A stretch of DNA of 44,459 nt from Patescibacteria group bacterium (GCA_041671645.1 JBAZBD010000002.1:1-44459), one strand, 5' to 3'. Shown: positions 32,628 through 43,129, counted from the stretch's first letter. Notes: generated by a model not told the origin, from the sequence alone. Translations and numbers: made by a program.

Positions 32628-32704
32628 GGCAGGGTAGCTCAGTTGGTTAGAGCACAGGACTCATAAGCCTGGGGTCGAGAGTTCAAATCTCTCCCCTGCT
32701 ACCA
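32628..32704 (+). tRNA. Elongator tRNA-Met (CAU), CCA encoded
   Basis: GGCAGGGUAGCUCAGUUGGUUAGAGCACAGGACUCAUAAGCCUGGGGUCGAGAGUUCAAAUCUCUCCCCUGCUACCA has D-arm, variable-loop and T-arm strings like E. coli elongator Met. The 1:72 position is paired (G-U). Confidence 0.85.
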
Positions 32705-32743
32705 TATATACAATTATAAATTTTTTTTAGTTGTGATAAGATT

Positions 32744-32766
32744 CGAGCGGAAGGGCTCGTTTTTTT
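32744..32766 (+). terminator. Short terminator after the tRNA pair
   Basis: CGAGC (32744-32748), GGAAGG, GCTCG (32755-32759), then TTTTTTT. Confidence 0.5.
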
Positions 32767-32776
32767 GAATAATTTT

Positions 32777-33763
32777 ATGATTAAACATTCCCAAAAATCT
32801 ATAACCGCCAGAGTCGAGAGGACAATTTCCGAAAATAGTCTCATTTTCCCGAACGAAAAAATTGTCGTGGCAGTTAGTGGGGGACCGGACTCGACGGCGC
32901 TACTAAATATTCTGCTCGGATTAAAAAACAAATTAAAAATTGATATTTTGGCTTGCCACTACAACCATCGTCTTAGGGGAGAGGCAAGCGAAAAAGATCA
33001 ACAATTTGTCCAAAAATTTTGTCAGGAACGGGGGATTGAGCTCTTGCTCGGCACTTCCCCGGAAAAAAATAAATATAAAAATGAAGACGAGGCGAGAGAA
33101 GCTAGGTACGCTTTTTTCAAAAATATTTTGGAAGAGGGTAGAGGAGACAAAATCGCACTCGCCCACAATTTAAATGATTTGGCTGAAACTACGCTTCAGC
33201 GTATCGTGCGCGGCTCAGGTTTGAGAGGGCTCTCCTCTATCCCCATCTCGCGCGGCAAATTCATCCGTCCCCTGCTCTTCGTCAAAAGAAAAGAGATCGA
33301 AGCCTACATCTCGTCGCATAATATTGGTTTCTGCCTCGATCAAACGAATTTTGACAAAAAATTCCTAAGGAATCGTATCAGGTTGGAGACTCTCCCCCAT
33401 TTGGAATCAATTAATCCCAATATTTTGGAAAGCTTGCTTTCGCTTAGCCAATCGGCAAAGAGTGATTATTCATATTTAGAGGCCAAAGCAACCGAGGCCC
33501 TATCGATTATTAGCCAGAAAAGATCAGATAATTCCATTACTATTGTTCGGTCAAAGTGGTTGGAATTGGACGAGGCGATGAGAACTATGACTCTTCGTCT
33601 GGCGATCGAAAAAGTGTCGGGTCTAAACGACATTTCTTACAAACAAATTGGTGAAGTACTCGATTTAATTGACAAAGGCGAAGGCCGTAAAAAGAAGATT
33701 CTCCCCCACTCGTTGCAGATCGAGCTGGAAGCTGGTAAAATTGTCTTATCAAAATTAGATTAA
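32777..33763 (+). CDS. tilS: tRNA(Ile)-lysidine synthase
   Basis: The PP-loop is VAVSGGPDSTALL. HYNHRLR and LAHNLNDLAETTL motifs are present. I prefer the ATG at 32777 over the TTG at 32765, which lies within the terminator U-run. Confidence 0.9.
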   Translation: MIKHSQKSITARVERTISENSLIFPNEKIVVAVSGGPDSTALLNILLGLKNKLKIDILACHYNHRLRGEASEKDQQFVQKFCQERGIELLLGTSPEKNKYKNEDEAREARYAFFKNILEEGRGDKIALAHNLNDLAETTLQRIVRGSGLRGLSSIPISRGKFIRPLLFVKRKEIEAYISSHNIGFCLDQTNFDKKFLRNRIRLETLPHLESINPNILESLLSLSQSAKSDYSYLEAKATEALSIISQKRSDNSITIVRSKWLELDEAMRTMTLRLAIEKVSGLNDISYKQIGEVLDLIDKGEGRKKKILPHSLQIELEAGKIVLSKLD

Positions 33764-33775
33764 TGGAGTTCGATA

Positions 33776-35593
33776 ATGAAGACCACCTACAACCGCTCAC
33801 TAATGGCAGTGATTATTATATTCGCCGCCCTCTATTTATTTGGCAGTTTCCTCTACTCCAAGCGTGAAGTAGTCAAGGATTCGTCGATCTCGGCTATCGC
33901 CGACCAAGTAGCTAAAGGCGAGATTTCCTCTGTCGGGGTCAAAGACAATTTGGTCACCGCTACGCTGAAAAATGGCCAGAAGGTCAAAGCTTCGAAGGAA
34001 GCTTCCGCTACTCTCAAAGATTACGGCATCACTCCAGACAAAGTCGAAATCAAAGTGAGCGATACGACTGGCTCGGTCGCTTGGCTTTCGGCTCTCTACA
34101 CCATAGTGCCGATTCTTCTAATTGGCGCATTTATTTTCTTTATGATGAGATCAGCCCAGGGCGCCAATACTAAGGCAATGAACTTTGGCAAATCTCCGGC
34201 CAAGCTTTTCACCGGCAAGCAAAAGGTTACTTTCTCTGACGTGGCAGGTGCTGACGAAGCCAAACAGGAGTTATTTGAGGTAGTAGACTTTTTGAAAAAT
34301 CCGAAGAAATACCGTGATCTTGGTGCAGAAATCCCACGCGGAGTATTGCTGGTCGGCTCTCCTGGCACAGGTAAAACCCTGATGGCCAAGGCCGTCGCTG
34401 GTGAAGCCGGTGTACCATTTTTCTCAATCTCAGCTTCAGAATTTGTCGAAATGTTTGTCGGTGTCGGTGCTTCTCGCGTCCGCGATCTTTTCCTAAAAGC
34501 CAAACGAAACGCTCCTGCCATCATATTCATCGATGAGCTAGATGCAATTGGCCGACAGCGTGGTTCTGGCCTTGGCGGTTCACATGACGAACGAGAACAA
34601 ACGTTAAATCAGATATTGGTTGAGATGGACGGTTTTGAGTCCACTGACAATGTCATCATCATCGCGGCCACCAACCGACCTGATGTCCTGGACCCTGCTC
34701 TTCTCCGCCCCGGTCGTTTCGATCGTCAGGTCTATGTCGATCTTCCAGATCGCAAGGAACGCTTTGCTATTCTAGGCGTTCATACCAAGAGCAAACCGGT
34801 TGAAACGGGCACAAATCTAGAAAAAATTGCCGCTTCGACACCTGGATTTTCTGGCGCTGATCTTCGGAATTTGGCCAACGAAGCCGCTATCCTAGCTGCT
34901 CGCAACAATCAGAAGACTATTACACAGAAGGATCTGGCTGAATCGATCGAGAAGGTAATGATGGGGCCAGAGAAGAAAACTCGTGTCCTGTCGGACAAGG
35001 AACGCCGCATTACTGCCGTCCACGAAGCTGGCCATGCCCTTGTCAGCCATCTTCTGCCAAACGCTGATCCAGTCCACAAGATCTCAATCATATCCCGCAG
35101 AATGGCATTGGGCTTCACCTGGAACATGCCGCTAGAAGAGAGACGGCTCGAAAACAGAGCTCATTTTCTTGACGAAATTGCCACTCTCATGGGCGGAAGA
35201 GTCGCCGAAGAAGAATTCTTTGGCAAGGATAGCGTCACAACTGGCGCCTCCAATGATATGAAGAAAGCGACAGAAATCGCTCGCAAGATGGTGACTGACT
35301 TCGGTATGAGCGACAAGCTTGGCCCTCAAGTTTATGGTCACCGCGACGAAATGCCATTTCTCGGCAAAGAGTACACTGAGCACCGCAACTACAGCGAAGA
35401 TATTGCCAAAACTATCGATGAGGAAGTTTCTCGACTGATCAAACAGGGCCAGGAGAGAGCCGATCAACTTGTCAAAACTCACAAGAAGATTATCGAAAAT
35501 ATTGCCGAAGGTTTGCTCAAGGAAGAGACCATCAACGAAGAAGAATTCCAGAAATATTTTCCTGAGGTCAAGACTGCGTCCAAGACAAAATAA
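33776..35593 (+). CDS. ftsH: ATP-dependent zinc metalloprotease FtsH
   Basis: Walker A is [23 protein letters not shown], Walker B is [12 protein letters not shown] is [20 protein letters not shown], and the Zn site is HEAGHAL. Confidence 0.97.
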   Translation: MKTTYNRSLMAVIIIFAALYLFGSFLYSKREVVKDSSISAIADQVAKGEISSVGVKDNLVTATLKNGQKVKASKEASATLKDYGITPDKVEIKVSDTTGSVAWLSALYTIVPILLIGAFIFFMMRSAQGANTKAMNFGKSPAKLFTGKQKVTFSDVAGADEAKQELFEVVDFLKNPKKYRDLGAEIPRGVLLVGSPGTGKTLMAKAVAGEAGVPFFSISASEFVEMFVGVGASRVRDLFLKAKRNAPAIIFIDELDAIGRQRGSGLGGSHDEREQTLNQILVEMDGFESTDNVIIIAATNRPDVLDPALLRPGRFDRQVYVDLPDRKERFAILGVHTKSKPVETGTNLEKIAASTPGFSGADLRNLANEAAILAARNNQKTITQKDLAESIEKVMMGPEKKTRVLSDKERRITAVHEAGHALVSHLLPNADPVHKISIISRRMALGFTWNMPLEERRLENRAHFLDEIATLMGGRVAEEEFFGKDSVTTGASNDMKKATEIARKMVTDFGMSDKLGPQVYGHRDEMPFLGKEYTEHRNYSEDIAKTIDEEVSRLIKQGQERADQLVKTHKKIIENIAEGLLKEETINEEEFQKYFPEVKTASKTK

Positions 35594-35605
35594 CGGAGCT
35601 AATCG

Positions 35606-37183
35606 ATGAAGAGAATCGCCGCTTTCTTCTCCAAGGAGAATTCAATCCGTGGAGCCAGCATTATCCTGATTATTACTTATACTTTAAGTAACGTCCTCGG
35701 ACTGTTCCGAGACCGATTTTTGACCAAGAATATTTCGACCTCTGACCTCGACATTTATTATGCCGCTTTTCGAATCCCAGACTTCATTTTTAACGTCCTA
35801 ATCCTGGGAGCGATCACCTCCGCTTTTATCCCAATATTTTCAGATTTCTTGGGTATGAAGAAGAAAGAAGAGGGCTTCAAGGTTGCCAACTATCTGATCA
35901 ATTTGGCTATTCTGACGATGCTAATCCTGGGAGTTATCTTCTTCTTTATTATGCCTTGGGCTATCTATTTGGTAGCTGATTTTGACGCCTCTAGAATGGC
36001 AGAGACAGTCAAATATTCTCGGATGTTGATGTTGCTTCCAATTTTCTTCTCACTTTCCTACATCACTGGCGGAATGCTCAACGCGATGAAACGCTTTGCC
36101 GCCTATGGTGTAGCGCCACTTGTTTATAATGTTTCAATCATCGCTGGAGCAATCTATCTAGCGCCTCGGTTTGGTCTGATCGGCGTCGTGGCCATGGTGA
36201 TTGTTGGATCATTTTTACATTTCCTGATCCAATTTATCTCTGCCTATCAACTCGGGTATCGATACCGACCGATCATTTCCTTTACCGCTCCCCCGATCAA
36301 GCGGATTATCCGTCTCATGGTGCCCAGGACCATCAGCATGGGGTCAACTCAAGTGCTACTTCTTTTCTTTACTAGAATTGCCTCCGCCCTTGTGGCAGGT
36401 TCGGTCGCCGCTTTCAATCTGGCCAACAATATTGTGACTATGCCAGTCGCCGTTCTCGGTACTACTTTTTCGACTGCCGTCTTCCCAACCTTGGCCGCCA
36501 AGATTTCGGAGAACAAGCCGGAGGAATTTTACTTTTACCTCAATCGATCGCTTCGGGCGATCGGCTATGTCCTGATCCCATCAACTGTCATCTTTGTCTT
36601 GCTTCGCGCCCAAATCGTACGATTGATCTTGGGATCGGGCAAGTTTACATGGGAAGATACTAGGACCACTGCTTTAACTTTGGGTTTCCTCTCTATTTCG
36701 ATCTTGGCCCAAGGGCTGATCCCAATGCTGTCCAAGGCTTTCTACGCTCTCAAGAATACTCGGACCCCAATGTTCATCTCCATCGCCACTATGATCGTGA
36801 GTGTGATCTTGGCCTGGCCACTTTCGAAGAGCTACGGCCTTGCTGGTCTCGCCCTGACATTTTCAATCGGCAATTTCTTCAATGCGATTGTCTTATTCTA
36901 TTATCTTCAAAAGAGCTACAAGAAAGTGTTGGATCGAAATCTGCTCGGTTCCTATTTCAACGTCACAATAATTTCCCTGGTCATGGGTTTGACGATCTGG
37001 ACCTCTGCCCATTTCCTGGCCAATTATGTCGACATGACGCGCTTTGTCGGAGTTTTGATCCAAGCTGGAGTCTCGGCTGGGATCGGAGTCATTGTCTTTT
37101 TGGGGCTGAGCTATATTTTCAAACTTGAAGAAATGAAGTGGGCATTCACACGGAGGATAAATGGAGAGACTAAGGTCGGGTAA
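35606..37183 (+). CDS. murJ: Lipid II flippase MurJ (MviN)
   Basis: 525 aa with ~14 TM helices. The N-terminal pattern is typical: LSNVLGLFRDRFLTKNISTSDLDIYYAAFRIPDFIFNVL. Confidence 0.85.
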   Translation: MKRIAAFFSKENSIRGASIILIITYTLSNVLGLFRDRFLTKNISTSDLDIYYAAFRIPDFIFNVLILGAITSAFIPIFSDFLGMKKKEEGFKVANYLINLAILTMLILGVIFFFIMPWAIYLVADFDASRMAETVKYSRMLMLLPIFFSLSYITGGMLNAMKRFAAYGVAPLVYNVSIIAGAIYLAPRFGLIGVVAMVIVGSFLHFLIQFISAYQLGYRYRPIISFTAPPIKRIIRLMVPRTISMGSTQVLLLFFTRIASALVAGSVAAFNLANNIVTMPVAVLGTTFSTAVFPTLAAKISENKPEEFYFYLNRSLRAIGYVLIPSTVIFVLLRAQIVRLILGSGKFTWEDTRTTALTLGFLSISILAQGLIPMLSKAFYALKNTRTPMFISIATMIVSVILAWPLSKSYGLAGLALTFSIGNFFNAIVLFYYLQKSYKKVLDRNLLGSYFNVTIISLVMGLTIWTSAHFLANYVDMTRFVGVLIQAGVSAGIGVIVFLGLSYIFKLEEMKWAFTRRINGETKVG

Positions 37184-37766
37184 AATCGGCAATCAACTTA
37201 AGCCCCATGAGAGCGTCACTATCAAGGGCGTATTTGTCTTTTTGTCTTTCATATTTCTGATTTTCCTCTCCTTCATTTTCTATCTCCGTTTCTCTGGATT
37301 TTCCCCTATGGTCGAAATCTATAAATTGAAAAAACCAGTCGTAAATTTCAACTTGGCCGATTACCTGACAGGCGAAGCCAACACGAGTATTTCGAAAAAC
37401 TTTGAGATCAAGATCAACGAGGAACAGCTCAAGGAAACGATCAAACTCGGAGACAGGTTTATCGATCTCAAGAAGCCTGATATCAAAATCAAGCCAGAGG
37501 GCGTTATTATCACGGGCAAATCTAGCGGCGGATTTTTCGGTATCAATGTTGAGGTCCTAGCTATCCCTGAAGCTGACGCTGGGAAATTAAAATTCAAAAT
37601 CAAAGAAATCAAAGCGGCCGGTGTCGTCGCTCCTCCTCGGATAGCCGATCCGTTGACTAGCCAGATCAATCTCGCTCTTCGAGATGTTGCTGTTCCGGAG
37701 GGCCTAACAGTCACAGAGGTGCGCACGATGACGGGCTATATTCTTGTCGAAGGCACCAAGAAGTGA
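37161..37766 (+). CDS. Hypothetical membrane-anchored protein
   Basis: 201 aa with one TM (VFVFLSFIFLIFLSFIFYL) and a Lys-rich beta-type ectodomain. It overlaps the murJ end by 23 nt. Confidence 0.65.
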   Translation: MERLRSGKIGNQLKPHESVTIKGVFVFLSFIFLIFLSFIFYLRFSGFSPMVEIYKLKKPVVNFNLADYLTGEANTSISKNFEIKINEEQLKETIKLGDRFIDLKKPDIKIKPEGVIITGKSSGGFFGINVEVLAIPEADAGKLKFKIKEIKAAGVVAPPRIADPLTSQINLALRDVAVPEGLTVTEVRTMTGYILVEGTKK

Positions 37767-37770
37767 ACCT

Positions 37771-38385
37771 ATGAAGGCATTTTTATTCTCTGATCTACAT
37801 GTTAATTACAAGCAACTCAGCAATCTCTTGAAGTTTCTGGCGGGAAACAAAGAGATTGATTTTGTTATCTGCGCTGGTGACACCGTTAATATGGGGGAAC
37901 CAGTTGGGTTTATGGAGACGTTTATAGATGTTATCGACAAAATAGGCAAACCCTTCTTCTGGGTGCCGGGCAACAACGATTTTGGTCGTGCATATTACAA
38001 ATTGTCAGCCAAATACCCCTCGCTTGAGGGGAGAGTGGCCGAGGAGGGAGGCAGGAAATTTACTGGAGTTGGCGGTTCCCCTGCTTCTTGGGCTGGCCAG
38101 TATGCTGGCGAGAAATTAATCGACAAGCAACTAATCGGCGGCTCGATATTTGTCTCTCATGTTCCACCGCCAGGAGTACACAATTACCGTCACGAAGATT
38201 GTAACTCCCCCACCGCCAAAAAGCTTTCAGACTCCCCCCTCGTCCACATTTGCGGTCACGTCCATCATCAATGGGGTTGCGCTTATCTTGGTAGCACCAA
38301 GATTATCAAGCTCGCCGCCTTCGAATACGGCCAATATGCTATACTGGATTTAGAAAATTTGGCGGTAAAATTTAAACATTTCTAG
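37771..38385 (+). CDS. Metallophosphoesterase (calcineurin-like)
   Basis: Motifs: FSDLHVN, CAGDTVN, PGNNDF, VSHVPP, CGHVHH. The ATG at 37771 lies just after the preceding stop. Confidence 0.85.
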   Translation: MKAFLFSDLHVNYKQLSNLLKFLAGNKEIDFVICAGDTVNMGEPVGFMETFIDVIDKIGKPFFWVPGNNDFGRAYYKLSAKYPSLEGRVAEEGGRKFTGVGGSPASWAGQYAGEKLIDKQLIGGSIFVSHVPPPGVHNYRHEDCNSPTAKKLSDSPLVHICGHVHHQWGCAYLGSTKIIKLAAFEYGQYAILDLENLAVKFKHF

Positions 38386-38392
38386 GAGACTT

Positions 38393-38836
38393 ATGAAAAT
38401 TGTAATTTGCGCAAGCGTAGTTTTCTCAAAAGAGATAATCGGTATTACCGAGAAACTCGAAAAAGAAGGCCACACAGTCGATATTCCTTTTGTTACCAAA
38501 CTGATCAGAGACAAAAAGATTTCTTTGGATCAATATATTGCCGACAAAGACAAAGAAGGCGATATCAAATATCGCGAGCAATATCGTGACCAAGTTGATA
38601 TGATCAAGAGGTATTATGGGCTGATAAACGATTGCGATGCAATATTAGTCTTGAACTACGACAAAAAGGATATTCCAAACTATATTGGGGGCAGTGTTCT
38701 GATGGAGATGGGCTTCGCCTATGTTTTGGACAAGAAGATTTTTTTGTTAAATCCAATCCCAGAAATGTCCTATAGCGATGAATTAAAAGATTGCAAACCA
38801 ATTGTTATCAGCGGCGAATTATCGAAGATAAAATAA
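38393..38836 (+). CDS. Small Rossmann-like protein, possibly nucleoside 2-deoxyribosyltransferase-like
   Basis: The pattern MKIVICASVVF...CDAILVLNYDK...YIGGSVLMEMGFAYVLDKKIFLLNP resembles Nuc_deoxyribosyltransferase-like folds. The functional call is weak. Confidence 0.4.
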   Translation: MKIVICASVVFSKEIIGITEKLEKEGHTVDIPFVTKLIRDKKISLDQYIADKDKEGDIKYREQYRDQVDMIKRYYGLINDCDAILVLNYDKKDIPNYIGGSVLMEMGFAYVLDKKIFLLNPIPEMSYSDELKDCKPIVISGELSKIK

Positions 38837-38854
38837 TCTTACCCAAGGAGTGCA

Positions 38855-39682
38855 ATGAAACTAGGCGCGCATATATCATCTGCAAAACCATTTTCTGACT
38901 CGATTGTTCGAGCCAAGGAGATTGGTTGCGAATGCATGCAAATCTTTGCCAACCCACCTCAGAGGTGGAATCCGGTGCCAATCCCCGAAGACGAAATCAA
39001 GCGGTATTTAGAATTAAATCGTGAAGCCAAGATCTCGCCAGTAATTATCCATAGTATTTATTTGGTCAATTTTGCTTCAGAAAATCCATTTTATTACGAG
39101 CAGTCGATCAAGAGTCTGATTGATGATATGAAAAAATCATACTCTCTGGGTGCGCTTGGAGCGAACACTCATCTGGGCTCGACCAAAGGGGGAGATTTCA
39201 AAACTTTACTTCCCAAAATCACTGCCGCCATCAAACAAATCTTGGCCGAAACTCCAGAAGAATCCCATTTCATTATTGAAAACGCGGCTGGGGCTGGAAA
39301 TATTATTGGCGATACAATCGATGAAATTGCCGAGATCAAAGATTCAGTCAATTCAACCAGAGTCAAAGTCTTGTTCGATACCGCCCATGCCTTTGAATCC
39401 GGATACAATCTGAAAGACGAAAAAGAAATTGATAATTTTATTGAAAATGTCGATAAACATATTGGCATTGAAAGTCTGGTTGGCTTTCACTTAAATGATT
39501 CAAAGACTGCATTTAATTCGAAGCGTGACCGTCATGCCGACATCGGCGAAGGCGAGATTGGGCTTGAGACATTCAAATATTTGTTAAACCACCCAAAACT
39601 AGAGGACAAATTTGGCATCCTGGAAACCCCACAAGACACAATGCCCTGGGCGGACCAGTTGAAACTTCTTAAGTCTCTCTAA
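38855..39682 (+). CDS. nfo: Deoxyribonuclease IV (endonuclease IV, AP endonuclease family 2)
   Basis: MKLGAHIS, THLGS, ENAAG, FDTAHAF and HLNDSK...KRDRHADIGEGEIG supply the three-metal-site ligands of Nfo. Confidence 0.92.
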   Translation: MKLGAHISSAKPFSDSIVRAKEIGCECMQIFANPPQRWNPVPIPEDEIKRYLELNREAKISPVIIHSIYLVNFASENPFYYEQSIKSLIDDMKKSYSLGALGANTHLGSTKGGDFKTLLPKITAAIKQILAETPEESHFIIENAAGAGNIIGDTIDEIAEIKDSVNSTRVKVLFDTAHAFESGYNLKDEKEIDNFIENVDKHIGIESLVGFHLNDSKTAFNSKRDRHADIGEGEIGLETFKYLLNHPKLEDKFGILETPQDTMPWADQLKLLKSL

Positions 39683-39723
39683 AAGATAGCTTTTTGAGCT
39701 CAATTCTGTTATGATTTTTTGGC

Positions 39724-41517
39724 ATGGAAAACAAAATTATCCAATCAAATATCCGCAACTTCTGCATCATCGCCCATGTTGATCATGGTAAGTCGACTCT
39801 GGCAGACCGAATGCTTGAGATGACTGGCACGATCCAGAAGAGGGACATGAAGGAGCAGCTCCTGGACCAGATGGACCTAGAGCGTGAACGCGGAATCACG
39901 ATCAAGCTCGCCCCAGTTCGTATGAACTGGAAGGGTTTTGAGTTGAATTTGATTGACACTCCAGGCCACGTTGATTTTTCCTACGAAGTTTCTCGCTCAT
40001 TGGCCGCTGTCGAGGGCGCAGTCCTGCTTGTTGACGCTAGCCAGGGAGTCGAAGCTCAGACATTATCTGTACTATATTCTGCAATTGAAAATAATCTGAC
40101 CATTATCCCGGTACTGAACAAAATTGATCTTCCTGCCGCAAGGCCTGAGGAGGTATCAGAAGAAATCATCAAGATTTTGGGATGCAAAAAAGAAGATATC
40201 CTGATCGCTTCTGGCAAGACCGGCCAGGGCGTCGAAGCAATTCTCGACAAAGTAGCCGAATTGGTCCCGGCCCCAAGCGGAGAAGACAGCAAACCTCTCA
40301 AGGCCCTAATCTTTGATTCTATTTATGACTCCTATCGAGGAGTAGTCTCCTATCTTCGCGTTATGGATGGCCAGATCAAGAAAGGCGACAAATTTTTCCT
40401 GATGGAGACCAAAAGTGAGGGAGAGGTGATAGAAGCCGGCTGTTTCAAGCCGAAATTTGTCCCCCGCTCTCCCCTCTTCACTGGAGAAATTGGCTACATT
40501 GTGACCGGTTTTCGCACCGTGGCAGAGGCCAAGATTGGCGATACTATTACACTGAAAAATAATCCAACTGATTCTCCCCTACCTGGTTATCGCGAAGTTC
40601 TCCCGTCTGTATTTGCCTCAGTTTATTGCACTGAGGGAGACGATTATCCAGATCTAAAAGAGGCAATTGAGAAGCTAAAATTGAACGATGCTTCGCTTTC
40701 TTACGAGCCCGAGCGATCGGATGCGTTGGGCTTTGGTTTCCGTTGTGGCTTCCTGGGCCTTTTGCACCTTGATATCGTCAGAGAGAGGCTTGAGCGGGAG
40801 TACAACCTATCCCTTGTGATCTCCAGCCCATCGGTGCGCTACAAAATTATTCTAAACACTGGAGAAGAGCTAAATATCGAAAAACCAGGGGACTTGCCCG
40901 AGCCGGGACAATTTAGAGAGGTGAAGGAGCCATGGGTTAGCCTCGAAGTTTTCACCCCCAAGGACTATGTTGGCGGTTGCATGGACGTAATCCAGAAGAA
41001 AAGAGCGAACTTTATAAATCTCGAATATTTAGACGAGAGCCGAGCTATAGTCCGCTACGAAGTGCCACTGGCTGAAGTGATCATCGACCTTTATGATCAG
41101 CTGATGAGCGTCTCCAAAGGTTATGCTTCTATGAACTATGAAATGATCGAATACCGAGCTTCAGAACTTGAAAAACTCGAGATCATGATCAACTTAGAAA
41201 AAGTCGATGCCCTCTCCTTCATCACACACAAATCAAAATCATACGCTGAGGGTCGCCGAATCGTTGAACGCCTGAAGGAACTGATTCCAAGACAGAATTT
41301 CGAGATCAAGATCCAAGCCGCTATCGGGGCCAAAATAATCGCCTCCGAACGACTATCCCCATTCCGCAAAGATGTTACTGTCGGTCTCTACGGCGGTGAC
41401 GTCACTCGCAAGAATAAGCTTCTGGACAAACAGAAAAAGGGTAAGAAGAAACTCAAATCTATCGGCCGAGTCGAAGTGCCGTCAGACGTCTTTATTAAGG
41501 TGTTGAGAAGCGAGTAA
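39724..41517 (+). CDS. lepA: Elongation factor 4 (LepA)
   Basis: G1 is IRNFCIIAHVDHGKSTLADR. DTPGHVDF and NKID motifs are present. The LepA-specific C-terminal domain ends ...KKLKSIGRVEVPSDVFIKVLRSE. Confidence 0.97.
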   Translation: MENKIIQSNIRNFCIIAHVDHGKSTLADRMLEMTGTIQKRDMKEQLLDQMDLERERGITIKLAPVRMNWKGFELNLIDTPGHVDFSYEVSRSLAAVEGAVLLVDASQGVEAQTLSVLYSAIENNLTIIPVLNKIDLPAARPEEVSEEIIKILGCKKEDILIASGKTGQGVEAILDKVAELVPAPSGEDSKPLKALIFDSIYDSYRGVVSYLRVMDGQIKKGDKFFLMETKSEGEVIEAGCFKPKFVPRSPLFTGEIGYIVTGFRTVAEAKIGDTITLKNNPTDSPLPGYREVLPSVFASVYCTEGDDYPDLKEAIEKLKLNDASLSYEPERSDALGFGFRCGFLGLLHLDIVRERLEREYNLSLVISSPSVRYKIILNTGEELNIEKPGDLPEPGQFREVKEPWVSLEVFTPKDYVGGCMDVIQKKRANFINLEYLDESRAIVRYEVPLAEVIIDLYDQLMSVSKGYASMNYEMIEYRASELEKLEIMINLEKVDALSFITHKSKSYAEGRRIVERLKELIPRQNFEIKIQAAIGAKIIASERLSPFRKDVTVGLYGGDVTRKNKLLDKQKKGKKKLKSIGRVEVPSDVFIKVLRSE

Positions 41518-41533
41518 GTACAATCCTGCAGTT

Positions 41534-43129
41534 TTACTTCGTTTGATACTTTTTATCCTCGACCTCTTCGTGACTTTTCAGGCTAGACTTCAATCCGTTG
41601 AAGACTGGGGTGAGCATCAAATGAGTCGCGGCAATCATAAGGGGAGTTTTCTCTCCGGGGATAAAACACAATTGACGTTCGAGTTCGTCCGAATATTTGC
41701 TCATGTCATCATTATCCTGGGCTTCATGCTTAAAATGTTCAGTGTCGAAGCCGATAGCGACCAGACGAAGTTGGTCAGTGTTCTCGACCTGAAACGCGTG
41801 CTGAAGGCCATCAGCAGCCAGATATCCTTGGCTACTAACCACCCGTTTCAGATATTTAGAAGCGAAGTTTTCTAGCAAGCTTGATTTAATCAGAGAGTAT
41901 TGTTCAAAAGTGAGCTCTTTCTCTTTCTTTTTGCCGAACCAGCGTTTCAATTTGGCTCCGAAAGTTTCTTCGGGGGCAGAGAATGCGACCATTTCATTTA
42001 CCGCAGGATCGGTAAGCGTGTCCTTGGCTTCTGCCCTTATTTTTTCAAACTCTGGCCCAAATTGCTCTTTATTCGTTATAATTTGCTGTTGCAGAATGAA
42101 TTTCGCTGTTTCTCCATCCAGAAGATCTCCAGCATGTTCATACACAACAAACTGGAAACCATCAGGAAAGCTGACAGAGCAGATTGGGCGCTCCCAGCGT
42201 AGCCCTAAGTGGTCGTGGTGCGTTTTACTGCAAGCGCTAACCAGATCTTTGGAAATCTCATATTCTTGCTCCGCTGACATTGCGCCAGCGGATGCTTTTA
42301 AGTCGTGACGGCCGGTTCTTTTCTCTTTCAATATATATTTTTTTCCACCCGCTTCGAGAAGAAAGGTCCTGTTCCTGTAAGATGTTGGCGTTCGTTTTTC
42401 CCAAACTCGAGGGTCGAATAACTCGCTAGGAACACGACCTCCGTCAGCTGTATTGGCTAAGATTTTAATTCCGCTAGGCAGGATAAACTCGTCATCTCCT
42501 TCGGGGATTTTATCCTTGTTCTCTAAAAGTTCTGCTTCTAGGGCGAGTAATTTGAGATCACGGGCAAATTTGTAATGGCTAATTGCGGATGTTGCCTCCG
42601 GTCCTGTAATCTTATCATGGTAAAAGCCATGTTTGATCTTATGCCGAACATTGTTGATTCGGTTCTCTTCCTCCTCCGGGGAGGTGGTCTCTTCTTGGCT
42701 GATCGTTTCCATGAGATCATCTGTGCCTGAACCGTAAAATTGGTCGCCTATCCTATGCTCTGGTACGGAGGGGAGATCAATGAATTTCTTGTTCTCGTTA
42801 TATCTATCTGTAATCCTTGCCGTTCTTTGGCTCTCTATAACCAATTTCCCCAAGAGTTCTCTAGGAAGATCTTGAGAGAGTGGCTTGTCGGCATATTCAA
42901 TCAAAATATGACGGACATTTGAGTTGTTTGAGGCTTCTCTGTGAATAATCTCCAAAATCATATGCCAGTTTCGCTCTAGCTTGTCAGCGGTAATATTTGG
43001 TAAATCTTGTTTTTTGATTACAGGTTCGGGCGCCTCTTCTGGCTGGGGATTGCCCAAAACTTTCGCCTCCTCGCCCTCCGGCAGGATGGCCTCTCCAATG
43101 CTATTATGATCTATGAATTCTTTTGACAT
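41534..43129 (-). CDS. Orphan hypothetical protein (531 aa), the sole cargo of the insertion bracketed by lepA 3'-end copies
   Basis: It is a long uninterrupted ORF. The N-terminal half is acidic. In the C-terminal half the motif order loosely recalls a kinase-like fold (KKYILKEKR ... EQEYEISKDL ... FVVYEHAGDLL ... LVAIGFDTEHF). There is no obvious SD. Confidence 0.6.
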   Translation of the reverse strand: MSKEFIDHNSIGEAILPEGEEAKVLGNPQPEEAPEPVIKKQDLPNITADKLERNWHMILEIIHREASNNSNVRHILIEYADKPLSQDLPRELLGKLVIESQRTARITDRYNENKKFIDLPSVPEHRIGDQFYGSGTDDLMETISQEETTSPEEEENRINNVRHKIKHGFYHDKITGPEATSAISHYKFARDLKLLALEAELLENKDKIPEGDDEFILPSGIKILANTADGGRVPSELFDPRVWEKRTPTSYRNRTFLLEAGGKKYILKEKRTGRHDLKASAGAMSAEQEYEISKDLVSACSKTHHDHLGLRWERPICSVSFPDGFQFVVYEHAGDLLDGETAKFILQQQIITNKEQFGPEFEKIRAEAKDTLTDPAVNEMVAFSAPEETFGAKLKRWFGKKKEKELTFEQYSLIKSSLLENFASKYLKRVVSSQGYLAADGLQHAFQVENTDQLRLVAIGFDTEHFKHEAQDNDDMSKYSDELERQLCFIPGEKTPLMIAATHLMLTPVFNGLKSSLKSHEEVEDKKYQTK

